Positions 9,258-18,247 of a DNA stretch of 64,000 nucleotides are shown one piece after another. The position numbers were made by a program, and so were the translations under genes. The notes under the pieces were generated by a model. It saw only the letters and a program-made list of their open reading frames with translations, did not search any database and was not told the DNA's origin. How positions within the stretch are numbered: position 1 is the stretch's first letter; each line of letters begins with the position of its first letter. The DNA comes from Kiritimatiellia bacterium. GTDB taxonomy: Bacteria > Verrucomicrobiota > Kiritimatiellia > RFP12 > JBMNHG01. The stretch covers positions 105,167 to 169,166 of the forward strand of contig JBMNHG010000006.1 in NCBI GenBank assembly GCA_050950285.1, given 5' to 3'.

Positions 9258-11096
9258 TCACGGGGCGAGCACGCGCAGGGCCATCGCGACGTTGCCGAGG
9301 GGCGCGGACACCTGGAAGCCCGCGACGCGGTCGCGAAGCGCGGCCGCGACGCCGCGCGCCAGCTCCACGCCGGCGGCCTGCGCCTCTTCCCTCCCGTCGC
9401 AGGCCGCCATGCGTTGCAGGACGGCGTCGGGGACGACCACGCCCGGCACTTCGTTGCGCATGAATTCCGCGTTGCGGTAGCTCACAAGAGGCCAAAGGCC
9501 CGCCAGCACGGGCAGGGAGATGCCGCGGGCCTCCATGCGGTCGAAGAAGCGCAGGACGGCCTCCGCGTCGAAGGCGGGCTGCGTGATCGCGAACATCGCG
9601 CCGGCCTCCTCCTTGCGCGCCAGGCGGTCGAGTTCGTTCTCGAGGTTGACCGCGTTGGGGTCGCACCCCACGCCAATGCAGAACCCCGTCGGCGGCTCCA
9701 CCCGGGCTCCCGCGAGGTCGACCCCGGCGTTGAGCCCGCTGGCCAGCACGGCCAGTCCGATGGAATCGGTGTCGAAGACGCCCGAGACGGGCACGTCGGC
9801 ATTCCCCGCCTTGACGGGGTCGCCCGTGATGAAGAGCAGGTTGCGGATGTGCGCGGCCTCGGCGGCGAGCAGGTCGGACTGCAGGCCGAGCAGGTTGCGG
9901 TCGCGGCAGCAGAAGTGCGGGATGACCTCGATGCCGTCGACCTCGCGGGCGATGAGGATGGCGGTGGCCAGCGGCGAAACGCGCGAGGTGGCGCGGGGGC
10001 CGTCGGGGAGGTTCACCGCCGTGACCCCCGCGTCGCGGCAGAGGCGGACTTTGTCGAGGAGCGCCGAAAGGTCCGGGGTGCGGGGCGGGGCGATCTCCAC
10101 GCTCGTGACCCATTCCCCTGCCGCCAGGCGGCGCGCGAAAACGGTATCCGGCGCGGGAGGCGGCACAGGGGCGGCGGGGCGCGCCGCGATCCGTTCCGCC
10201 CGCGACTGGACCAGCCGGGAGGAGCCGAGCATCGTGCGGGCCGCTTCCCGGATGTGGGCGGGGGTTGTCCCGCAACACCCGCCGAAGCCGCGCACGCCGA
10301 TGGCCACGTGGCGGCGCGCGTATTCCATGAAGTACTCCGGGCTGTTCATGTAGAGCAGCCGGCCGTCGACAACCTTGGGCAGCCCCGCATTGGGCTTGGC
10401 GACGCACGGCTTCGACAGGGTCGGCAGCAAGGGCTGGAGGAGCGCGAACAGTTCCGCCGGCCCGACGGTGCAGTTGACCCCCAGCGTGTCCACGCCGGGA
10501 TGGCCATCGAGGGCGCGGAGCATCTCTTCCAGGCGGCTCCCCGTGGAGGAAATCCCCCGCTCGTCGACCGTGACGGAGGCATGGACGGGAAGCCCTGTCG
10601 CGCGGGCGGCGGCGGCGGCGAGGCCGAGTTCCGCGACGTCGGAGAAGGTTTCGAGGAAGAGAAAGTCGGCCCCGGCGTCACGAAGCGCCTCGCACTGCTC
10701 CGCGAAAACGGCGGAAATCCTGCCCTCGTCCGCAGCTTGGAGCCTCTTCCCTCGCGGAAGGACCGGACCGACGTCGCCGGCGACGATCACCTCGCGCTCC
10801 TGCGATTCCGCGGCCTCGCGCACGAGCCGCACGCCCGCCTCCGCGATGGCGCCCACGCGGTCGCCCAGGTTGGAGCCCCGCAACTTCTCGCGGTTGGCCC
10901 CGAAGGTGTTGGTAAGGATCACGTCCGCGCCGGCGGCGACGTAGTCCGCATGGATCCCGCGCACGAGGGCGGGGCGGGAGAGGCAGAGCTCGTCGTAGCA
11001 GACGTTCACGAACACGCCTCGCTCGAAGAGGAGGCTGCCGGTGGCGCCGTCGAAAACGACGGGACGCTCGCGGAGAAGCTGCAGGTAGGGAGTCAT
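9258..11096 (-). CDS. Bifunctional homocysteine S-methyltransferase domain / 5,10-methylenetetrahydrofolate reductase (YitJ-like)
   Basis: Start at MTPYLQLLRERPVVFDGATGSLLFERG...ILTNTFGAN (Hcy-binding S-methyltransferase domain). The C-terminal half has the MTHFR fold (FAITQPAFDAEAVLRFFDRM). Confidence 0.8.
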   Translation of the reverse strand: MTPYLQLLRERPVVFDGATGSLLFERGVFVNVCYDELCLSRPALVRGIHADYVAAGADVILTNTFGANREKLRGSNLGDRVGAIAEAGVRLVREAAESQEREVIVAGDVGPVLPRGKRLQAADEGRISAVFAEQCEALRDAGADFLFLETFSDVAELGLAAAAARATGLPVHASVTVDERGISSTGSRLEEMLRALDGHPGVDTLGVNCTVGPAELFALLQPLLPTLSKPCVAKPNAGLPKVVDGRLLYMNSPEYFMEYARRHVAIGVRGFGGCCGTTPAHIREAARTMLGSSRLVQSRAERIAARPAAPVPPPAPDTVFARRLAAGEWVTSVEIAPPRTPDLSALLDKVRLCRDAGVTAVNLPDGPRATSRVSPLATAILIAREVDGIEVIPHFCCRDRNLLGLQSDLLAAEAAHIRNLLFITGDPVKAGNADVPVSGVFDTDSIGLAVLASGLNAGVDLAGARVEPPTGFCIGVGCDPNAVNLENELDRLARKEEAGAMFAITQPAFDAEAVLRFFDRMEARGISLPVLAGLWPLVSYRNAEFMRNEVPGVVVPDAVLQRMAACDGREEAQAAGVELARGVAAALRDRVAGFQVSAPLGNVAMALRVLAP

Positions 11097-11121
11097 GGTT
11101 CGGATGTCCTGTGCAAGCATG

Positions 11122-12147
11122 TCATGCCCGAGGCTGCCCCGTGCGCTGGGACTCCAGGTAGTCGAGGCAGTCTTCGTCCTCGCCGCGCAGGGCGCGGAGG
11201 GCGGCCGCCGCCGCGGGGTCGTCGGGACGGAAGGCGTCCAATGCCGCGGTATGGATGGAGCGCGGGTCGGCGATGGCGCCGTCGCATCCCGCCTCGCGGG
11301 CAAGCCAGGCGAAGGCGAGGTTGAGCAGCGGGCGGTTGGGGAGGCCGAAGGAAACATTGCTCAGCCCCGGCGCGAAGTGGATGGCGGGACCGAAGGCGTC
11401 GCGGAGCCGCCGCACGAGGGAGAGGACGGAGGCTCCGTTCGTCCGTCCGACGCACACGGGCAGCACGAGCGGATCGAGGAAAAGGGCGTCGGGCGGGAAG
11501 CCGGACGAACGCAGGCGCCCGACCAGTTCCGAGAGGTTCCGGAAGCGGGCGTCGGGGTCCGTCGGGACGGATCCGTCGGAGTCGTTCGCCGCCGCGACCA
11601 CGCGGAGGCGCGCGGAGCGGGCGGAGAGGAGCGGTTCCAGTTCGGCGAAGCGCGAAAGCGAGACGGAGTTGAGCAGAGGCGCCGGGCGGGCGGGATCCAC
11701 CAGGGAAAGCCCCAGGGCGAGGAGATCGCCGGAGGAGGAGTCGATGCACAGCGGCAGGTCCACGCTCTCCTGCACCGCCGCCACGAGCGCACGGAGCGCC
11801 GCGCCGTTGGCGGCGGGGTCGGAAGAGAAGCCGTCGACGTTGAGATCCAGCGCAAAGGCGCCGGCGGACTGCTGGACGCGCGCGAGGTCGCGGAGATAGG
11901 CGCGGCCCGCCGCGGCGTCGGGCGGCGCGCCGTTCAGAAGCTGCCAGAGGGCGGCCCCGACCGGCGGCACGCGACGGGTGTCGCGCCACCGCGCGCACTC
12001 CACCAGCGGCTCCGGGACGGGAAGCGGCGGAGACCCCTCGGCCAGCGGGGCCAAAGCGGGGCGCCCTTCTGCGTCCTGGCGGACCTGCGCGCCATCGGTG
12101 CGGAAAAGGCGGGAGCAATGGAGAAGTTCTCCGATGACATAGTTCAT
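11122..12147 (-). CDS. Pterin-binding (dihydropteroate synthase-like / methyltetrahydrofolate methyltransferase) domain protein
   Basis: MNYVIGELLHCSRLF...AFALDLNVDGFSS...PLCIDSS...LLNSVSL...FAPGLSNVSFGLPNRPLLN, typical of the MetH/MeTr pterin-binding barrel. Only the last 342 codons of the 1539-aa track ORF look real. Confidence 0.7.
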   Translation of the reverse strand: MNYVIGELLHCSRLFRTDGAQVRQDAEGRPALAPLAEGSPPLPVPEPLVECARWRDTRRVPPVGAALWQLLNGAPPDAAAGRAYLRDLARVQQSAGAFALDLNVDGFSSDPAANGAALRALVAAVQESVDLPLCIDSSSGDLLALGLSLVDPARPAPLLNSVSLSRFAELEPLLSARSARLRVVAAANDSDGSVPTDPDARFRNLSELVGRLRSSGFPPDALFLDPLVLPVCVGRTNGASVLSLVRRLRDAFGPAIHFAPGLSNVSFGLPNRPLLNLAFAWLAREAGCDGAIADPRSIHTAALDAFRPDDPAAAAALRALRGEDEDCLDYLESQRTGQPRA

Positions 12148-12351
12148 GGGGAAGGACCATACCACACTCCGGTTCAAAGCGCCATTTCCGCCCGCCATTC
12201 CTGCCCGTGCCGGAACTGCGAGCGTTTTTGGATTGTCAATCCCGCGGGCAACCTGTACAAATGGCTTGTACGGGACGTTCCCCTTGACCTCCTTTCCCCG
12301 AAAGCGGCGGACTTCCTCCGCCCCACGCCAACCCGAAACGATCGAGACACC

Positions 12352-13593
12352 ATGCGCTGCTGGTGGGCCAACCAAGACAAGACCTACGCCGAAGAGACTG
12401 CCGGCGGCTTCCTCTGGTGTCCCCAGAGGCGCTCGAACGGCACCCGGAACCCCTTCTACGAGAACGTGCGCCTCACCCGCCCCGGCGACATCCTCTTCGC
12501 CTTCGCGCGCGGCGCCATCCGCGCCGTGGGCATCGTGCTCGAACGCTCCCGCGAAGCCGTGCACCCCGGCGCCCTCCCGCCCGCCCCCGGCGGGCAGGCC
12601 GGATCCGCGCCCCTCGGATGGCTCCTTCCCGTCGCCTGGATCGAGATCAAGCATCCCCTCGAACCCCGAAACGTGATGGACGTCCTCGCCCCGCTCCTGC
12701 CATCCGTCCATTCCCCCCTCACTCCGGAAGGCAGGGGGATCCAGGGCGGACGCCTGCTCAAGCTCCCCGATCCCCTCGCCAACGCCCTCCTGCAGCTCGT
12801 CGGCGGAGCCAGCCCCGACCAACTCCTCCACCCCGTCTGGCGGCCGCGCCAGCTCATCCTCCCCCATCTCGACCTCCCCTCCCCCGCCGCGGGCACGACC
12901 GCCGAAGAGGCGGCCGACGCCGCCGCCGCCCGGGAGGAGATCCCGATGGACGCCCCCGTGCCCCGCGACCCCGCCGCGCCGCTGGCCGGACGGACGCCCG
13001 ACTCGCGCATGATCGCGGTGGACGTGACCAAGCCCTTCCCCTTCTACGACTGCTTCGACCCCTCCCGCCGCGTGGAGGTGGACGTCGGCTGCGGAAAGGG
13101 ACGTTTCCTCATCGCCCGCGCCACCGCCTATCCCGACATCCAATTCCTTGGCATCGAACGCCAGCTCGTCCGCATCCGGAAGATCGACAAGAAGCTCTGC
13201 CGCATCGGCCTCTCGAACGTCCGCCTGCTGCGCCTCGAAGCCTCCTACGCCATCGAGTACCTGTTGCCCGACGACGCGATCGACCGCTTCTACGTGCTCT
13301 TCCCCGACCCGTGGCCCAAGCGCCGCCACCACAAGCACCGCCTCTTCCGGCCCGCCTTCCTCGACACCGTGTGGAAGCGCCTCCGCGATGGCGGCGACAT
13401 CCAGGTGGCCACCGACAACGCCGACTACTTCCAGCAGATCGTCAACGTCTTCGCCGCCGATTCGCGCTTCCTCCCCGCCACCCCCTTCGACCGCCCGCCC
13501 GAAGAGCAGACCGATTTCGAAATCCTCTTCCGGTCCAAAGATTTCCCCATCCATGCCGCCGCGTGGTCCGTGAGGAAGCCCGCCGCGCCATGA
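12352..13593 (+). CDS. trmB: tRNA (guanine-N7)-methyltransferase TrmB with a ~220-aa N-terminal extension (globular domain plus Pro/Ala-rich linker)
   Basis: C-terminal half: VDVGCGKGRFLIARATAYPDIQFLGIE...FPDPWPKRRHHKHRL (TrmB signature). N-terminus: MRCWWANQDKTYAEETAGGFLWCPQRRSNGTRNPFYENVRLTRPGDILFAFARGAIRAVGIV. There is no stop between the two parts. Confidence 0.75.
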   Translation: MRCWWANQDKTYAEETAGGFLWCPQRRSNGTRNPFYENVRLTRPGDILFAFARGAIRAVGIVLERSREAVHPGALPPAPGGQAGSAPLGWLLPVAWIEIKHPLEPRNVMDVLAPLLPSVHSPLTPEGRGIQGGRLLKLPDPLANALLQLVGGASPDQLLHPVWRPRQLILPHLDLPSPAAGTTAEEAADAAAAREEIPMDAPVPRDPAAPLAGRTPDSRMIAVDVTKPFPFYDCFDPSRRVEVDVGCGKGRFLIARATAYPDIQFLGIERQLVRIRKIDKKLCRIGLSNVRLLRLEASYAIEYLLPDDAIDRFYVLFPDPWPKRRHHKHRLFRPAFLDTVWKRLRDGGDIQVATDNADYFQQIVNVFAADSRFLPATPFDRPPEEQTDFEILFRSKDFPIHAAAWSVRKPAAP

Positions 13594-13734
13594 CCTTCGA
13601 AGGACCGAACCTCCCGAAGGAGGGAGGGCGGCCCTGGAAGGATGCGCTGCAATCGAATTCTTGATGAGGAGGCTGCCGTAGTGTATCTTCTCGTCCGTCA
13701 TCCTTGTTTTCGTATGCAACCGAGAGGAGAACCC

Positions 13735-15318
13735 ATGCGCCTCCATCCTATCCTTCCCCTGGCCCTGTTGACCTTCGCCTGCCTGTTCGCGGGTTGCGGG
13801 GCGTCGTCGAAAGAACGCCCCGAAGGCGTCGAGCCGGAAGCGGACGCCGGAGAACTCGGCGTTCCCGCCCCTGATCCCGTCGAAGTCCTGGCGAACGAGA
13901 CGGACGAACTTTTCTTCCGCGGCGAGACCAACGCGGTGATCGAGCGCTTCACGGCCGCACTGGACGAAGAGGAGTTCGCCGCACACCGCCCGCGCGTCTT
14001 CAACGCGCTCATGCGCTTCCTCCTCTCCACGGCGAACGTGGACGAGGCGAAAGCCCGCATGACGGCCGCCTATGACGCCCGGGATTTCGAACTCGCCAAC
14101 GAGGGATTCGGGCACATCTTCTTCTACCTTGTCCACCAGGGCCGTTCCGAAGAGGCGGACGCCTGGCTCGATCGCACGCTCGCCGTGGCAGACCTTCCCG
14201 CCGGGATGCGCCGCCAGGCCATCGACTGGTCGATGTCCATCCGCCTCGAACGTGGCGACGCCGAGGGAGCCTGCGACCGGGCCATGGAGCTGGCGGTGGA
14301 ATTCCCCGCGATTGCCGCGGAGCAAATCGAGAGGGCCTGCGACCGTCTTTTCGCGGAAGACAAGCTGGATCTGGCGGATGCGCTCCTGTCCACGCTGATC
14401 AACGCGCAGCCCCAGCCCGCCATGGCGGGGGAAGTCGCCCTCGGCCTCAAGATCCGCCTCCTTGCCGCGCGCGGGGAATGGGATCTGGCCCGCGAGACCT
14501 TCCTCGCGGTGTGCGAGACCCTTCCGGACGCCCGGCTTACGAGGCTCCTGCGCCATCTCGCGCAACGGGGGACGAAGGCCCGTCAGGCGGAGTTCGTCGA
14601 TGCCCTCTGCGAAAAGGTGCTCGACATGTCCGCCAGCCACCCGCAGAGCTTCCCCCTCGCGGCGCGCCTCTGGGTGGAGAACATCGCGGCCTCGCAACCG
14701 GAACTCCTTCCCGATCGCCTGGAAAAACTGCTCGAGCTCGATGCCGCGCCCACGCAGGTGTGCACGCTCTTCACGCGCACCTTCTACCGCACCACGCGCC
14801 TGCCCGACACGCTCGTCCGCATGCTCGATCTGGGCACGCGGCTCGACGCGCTGAACGACGACGAAGACCTTCGGACCCTTCTCCGCACCTCGGTGCTCGA
14901 CGGCAGCTTCCTGCTCGGGAAGTACGACACCGCCATCGAGATGCTGGAACGAGGCATCCCCGGCCGCGACGCGGCCTGGAACCGGATGGCTCTCTGCAAA
15001 GTGCGCGCCCACAAGGCCCTCTACGACGAGGAATGGCTGGACGCGGTGAAGTACTTCCGCGAGTTCATGGCCACCGTCGCGACCGCGAAAGACGAGGACA
15101 TGACCGATCCGGAGAGCGACATCCGCCACACGAAGAACATGGTGCTCGGCTTCAACGCCAAGCGCATCGGCGACATTTTCCGCAAGATCCCCGACGAAGC
15201 CGCCGCGCGGGAATCCTATGCCCAGGCCCGCGAATACTACGCCAAGGCCCGCGAGGAATGCGCGGGGAATCCCGAGGCGCTGGAGATCATCGAGGAAGAA
15301 GAAGCCACCATCCCGTGA
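13735..15318 (+). CDS. Lipoprotein with helical-repeat (TPR-like) character, function unknown
   Basis: MRLHPILPLALLTFACLFAGCGASS contains a lipobox (LFAGC). The RBS gagaggaga lies just upstream. Confidence 0.6.
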   Translation: MRLHPILPLALLTFACLFAGCGASSKERPEGVEPEADAGELGVPAPDPVEVLANETDELFFRGETNAVIERFTAALDEEEFAAHRPRVFNALMRFLLSTANVDEAKARMTAAYDARDFELANEGFGHIFFYLVHQGRSEEADAWLDRTLAVADLPAGMRRQAIDWSMSIRLERGDAEGACDRAMELAVEFPAIAAEQIERACDRLFAEDKLDLADALLSTLINAQPQPAMAGEVALGLKIRLLAARGEWDLARETFLAVCETLPDARLTRLLRHLAQRGTKARQAEFVDALCEKVLDMSASHPQSFPLAARLWVENIAASQPELLPDRLEKLLELDAAPTQVCTLFTRTFYRTTRLPDTLVRMLDLGTRLDALNDDEDLRTLLRTSVLDGSFLLGKYDTAIEMLERGIPGRDAAWNRMALCKVRAHKALYDEEWLDAVKYFREFMATVATAKDEDMTDPESDIRHTKNMVLGFNAKRIGDIFRKIPDEAAARESYAQAREYYAKAREECAGNPEALEIIEEEEATIP

Positions 15319-15343
15319 GGATGGGCGCGGGGCGCCGCGCGCC

Positions 15344-16540
15344 TCACGCGGAAGGCGTGGCACGCGCCTTCGAATAGAGGGGATAGAGGACGGATGCGTC
15401 CTCGATGGCGCGGTCGAAGGACTGCAGCATGGCCCGTGCGGTTGCATCCCAGGTGAAGCGGCTTGCGCGGGCGCGGGCCTTTCCGGCATAGGCGGCGCGC
15501 TGTCCGGGCGTCCATCCGAGGATGTCGCGGGCGGCGGCGGCGAGGGCGTCCACGTCGTCCGGCGGAACGAACGGTATCGCGTCGCCGCCCACTTCGGGCA
15601 CAGAGGCCGCCCGCGCCGCCACCACCGGCAGTCCCGACGCCATGGCTTCGGCCACAGGCAGGCCGAAGCCCTCGTACGCCGAAGGGAACAGCAGGAGGGT
15701 CGCGGCCTGGTAGAGCACCTTGAGGTCGCGGTCGTCCACATAGGTCAACCGCTTCACGCGCGCGGGGTCGGAGAGCGCGGCAATGGCGGCCTCCACCTTC
15801 GCTTCGCCCAGGCGGGGGCGCCCCAGCAGGACGAGCTTGTGGGGAATGTCGGCCTGGATCTTCCCGAAGGCCTCCACGGCCAGTTCGATGCGCTTGTGCG
15901 GGTAGGTGTTCGAGACGGCGAGGAGGAACGGCTCCGCGCCGCCCACCAGTGCGAGGCACCGTTCGGCGAGCACGGCGGGCGGAAGCGCCTCCGAGAAGCC
16001 GGCGTCGACGCCCTGGAGCACGACGTCGATGCGGTCCGCCGGAATGTCGGTGAACCGCAGCAGCTCCTGCCGGACGAATTCGGAGATGGCCACGACGCGC
16101 TCGCTGCGGCGGCACGTCCCGCCAACGAGGAATCGCGTGGCCTGCAGCGCCAGCCAGGAAAAGTCCTCGGGATGATGGCGGTACTGCAGGTCGAGCACGT
16201 TCGTCACGCGCGGGCAGGGACAGCGCAGGGGCATCGTGTAGCCGGGCGACCAAAGCACCTCCACGCCGGTACGCTTCACCAGGCCGGGAAGCTGGAACTG
16301 CTCGGCCAGGATGCGCGCGGCGCGCCGCGAGGCGCGGACGTGGGTGTCCACGAGGCAGACGTTCCCGGCGCGCGCAAGCTTGAGGTCGCGCGCGAGCACG
16401 GGGAGGTTCTCGCGGTTGCAGAAGACGGTGAACTCGTTCCCGGGGATGACCGCCATCGCCTCGAGCGTGCGGCGGAGGCAGGTTTCCGCTCCGCCGACCT
16501 GCCCGGGAATGAGGAAGAGGGCGTTGATGCCGATTTTCAT
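15344..16540 (-). CDS. Glycosyltransferase family 4 (GT-B fold)
   Basis: MKIGINALFLIPGQVGGAETCLRR...LLLFPSAYEGFGLPVAEAMASGLPVV (the EX7E region). Confidence 0.85.
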   Translation of the reverse strand: MKIGINALFLIPGQVGGAETCLRRTLEAMAVIPGNEFTVFCNRENLPVLARDLKLARAGNVCLVDTHVRASRRAARILAEQFQLPGLVKRTGVEVLWSPGYTMPLRCPCPRVTNVLDLQYRHHPEDFSWLALQATRFLVGGTCRRSERVVAISEFVRQELLRFTDIPADRIDVVLQGVDAGFSEALPPAVLAERCLALVGGAEPFLLAVSNTYPHKRIELAVEAFGKIQADIPHKLVLLGRPRLGEAKVEAAIAALSDPARVKRLTYVDDRDLKVLYQAATLLLFPSAYEGFGLPVAEAMASGLPVVAARAASVPEVGGDAIPFVPPDDVDALAAAARDILGWTPGQRAAYAGKARARASRFTWDATARAMLQSFDRAIEDASVLYPLYSKARATPSA

Positions 16541-17343
16541 GGGGACGATTTCTCCTGGGCGGCACGGGTGCGTGCCATGCGGTCGTAGACGGCCACGATC
16601 CCCCATCGCACGCAACGGTGCAGCAGGGCTTGCGGCGAGAAGCGCCCGGCGTCCGCCTCGGCGGCGGCAAGCTCTTCGTCGAACTGCCGGTGGTAGTTCG
16701 CGCCACTGATGGAGCCGGGGGTCCAGCGGAAGGCCGAAAGCGGCGCGCCGCCAAGGGCCCGCACGGGGCCTTGCCTCCAGGCGCGAAGCAGGAACTCGTA
16801 GTCCCAGGCGGCCCGGAGGTCGAGCCGCAGCGGTCCGGAGGCCTCGACGGTTTCGCGCCGCAGGAAGAGGGCGGGCTGCGACACGTAGTTCAACATCTGG
16901 ATGGTGAAGCGACAGGCGAAGGGATACCAGGCATGCTTGAAGCGCGAAATGGCGGTACGGATGGGGGCGCCGTCCGCGTCGATGATGTCGCACCGCCCGA
17001 AGCACGTCGCAAGGTCCGGATGCCGCCGGAAGCAGGCGGCGACCCGCGAGAGGGCGCCCGGACGATAGAGGTCGTCCGCGTTCAGCCACGCCAGCACGTC
17101 CCCCGTGGAACGCGCGAACCCCTTGTTGATCGCGTCGGCGGGGCCGCGATCCGGCTCGCTCGCGACGAAGGCGAGGGAATCGCGCCGGCGGGCGAGGATG
17201 TCCAGCGAACCGTCGTCGCTCCCGCCGTCCATCACGATGTGCTCGACCTCCACGCCGTCGCACGCTTGGGCGCGAACGCTCTCGAGGCACTCCTCGAGGT
17301 GGGTGGCCCCGTTGAAGTTCGGGGTGACGATGGAGAACTTCAC
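16537..17343 (-). CDS. Glycosyltransferase family 2
   Basis: A GTG start gives VKFSIVTPNFNGATHLEECLESVRAQ...HIVMDGGSDDGS...WLNADD. It has 4-nt overlaps with both neighbours. Confidence 0.8.
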   Translation of the reverse strand: MKFSIVTPNFNGATHLEECLESVRAQACDGVEVEHIVMDGGSDDGSLDILARRRDSLAFVASEPDRGPADAINKGFARSTGDVLAWLNADDLYRPGALSRVAACFRRHPDLATCFGRCDIIDADGAPIRTAISRFKHAWYPFACRFTIQMLNYVSQPALFLRRETVEASGPLRLDLRAAWDYEFLLRAWRQGPVRALGGAPLSAFRWTPGSISGANYHRQFDEELAAAEADAGRFSPQALLHRCVRWGIVAVYDRMARTRAAQEKSSP

Positions 17344-18215
17344 GGCGCGCCCCCCTCCCCTGCCCCGTCGGCCGAACCGGGAGAAGCGTCGCCCAGGAAA
17401 GTGGCGGGGTCTTCCACGGGATAGACGCCGCCGTGCGAATCGATCCAAACCCCCGGGAGGCGCGCAGGGCCGCTCACCCAGCCATTGGTCCAGTCGGTCC
17501 CGACATCGAATGCGGCGGGGTCGGGGAAGAGGTCGTCCTCGGTCCCGGCGCGTTTGTCGGGTCCGCAGGAGAAGAGCGTCGGCCGCATCCGCGGCGCGTC
17601 CTCCGGGCGATCGCCGGATGCTTCGGGAGCCGGCGGGACGCTTTCGGGAGCCGGGAGTTCGTAGGCGTACGGCGTGCCCCAGGGGTCGGGGCGGATCCTG
17701 TTCACGTAGGGTCCGATCCATCCGGCGATGCGCGGCGTGCCCTCGGAGTCGAGCGGGTTCTTCTCCCCGCCCAGCCAGAGGTCGTCGCGCACCAGCGCCA
17801 GGAGGCCGCCTTCGTCCGTGCGCGGGTAGCGCCCCACGTGGAAGTGGAAGCGTCCGAGCGCAGTGGCCAGCGCGTCCAGTTCATGGACGGCGCGCAGGTG
17901 GGGTTCGGGGCGTATCCGGGCGGCGGCGCGGCGGCTTGCCGCGACCAGCGAACCGCCGAGGACAGCCATCCCGGCGAGGACGAGCAGGAGGATGCGCGGG
18001 CTGTGGACGCCGCGCGCGTCGGGGGTCGCGCCGATGTCCATGCGCAGGCGGTCCGCCTCGCGGTGGATGCGCTCGAAGGCGCGGCGACGGGCGAGTCGTG
18101 CCTCCTGCTTCGCGGGGTCTGGCGGAAGGAGCATCGTACGGCCGCAGGCGGGACACAGCCCCTTGGGCGGACGCTCCGCCAGGTCGGCCTGGCAGTATGG
18201 GCAGCGATAGGGCAT
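17340..18215 (-). CDS. Zinc-ribbon / single-TM protein with a type II secretion GspG-like (T2SSG) C-terminal domain
   Basis: MPYRCPYCQADLAERPPKGLCPACGRTM is a CxxC...CxxC zinc ribbon, followed by the TM segment ILLLVLAGMAVLGGSLV. The C-terminal region LDALATALGRFHFHVGRYPRTDEGGLLALV...GPYVNRIRPDPWGTPYAYE...SCGPDKRAGTEDD is pseudopilin-G-like. No prepilin cleavage motif is present. Confidence 0.6.
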   Translation of the reverse strand: MPYRCPYCQADLAERPPKGLCPACGRTMLLPPDPAKQEARLARRRAFERIHREADRLRMDIGATPDARGVHSPRILLLVLAGMAVLGGSLVAASRRAAARIRPEPHLRAVHELDALATALGRFHFHVGRYPRTDEGGLLALVRDDLWLGGEKNPLDSEGTPRIAGWIGPYVNRIRPDPWGTPYAYELPAPESVPPAPEASGDRPEDAPRMRPTLFSCGPDKRAGTEDDLFPDPAAFDVGTDWTNGWVSGPARLPGVWIDSHGGVYPVEDPATFLGDASPGSADGAGEGGAP

Positions 18216-18247
18216 CGCGGGGGATTCAAGGGCGCGGGGAAGCGGAC

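Noticed and set aside
12148-12351. Possible riboswitch (SAM or cobalamin) in the leader of the MetH-like operon
   Set aside because: I could not recognise a B12 box or any SAM-riboswitch core by eye. This would need an Infernal/Rfam scan, so it is not reported as a feature.
11122-15741. 1539-aa minus-strand ORF. Similar giant ORFs occur at 7056-9053(-), 23632-25653(-), 29282-32080(-), 44293-46191(+), 50843-54490(+) and 58676-61372(-).
   Set aside because: These are GC-driven open frames antisense to, or out of frame with, clearly protein-like genes. Their translations are Arg/Gly/Pro/Ala low-complexity sequence. Only the last 342 codons of 11122-15741 (the pterin-binding protein) look real.
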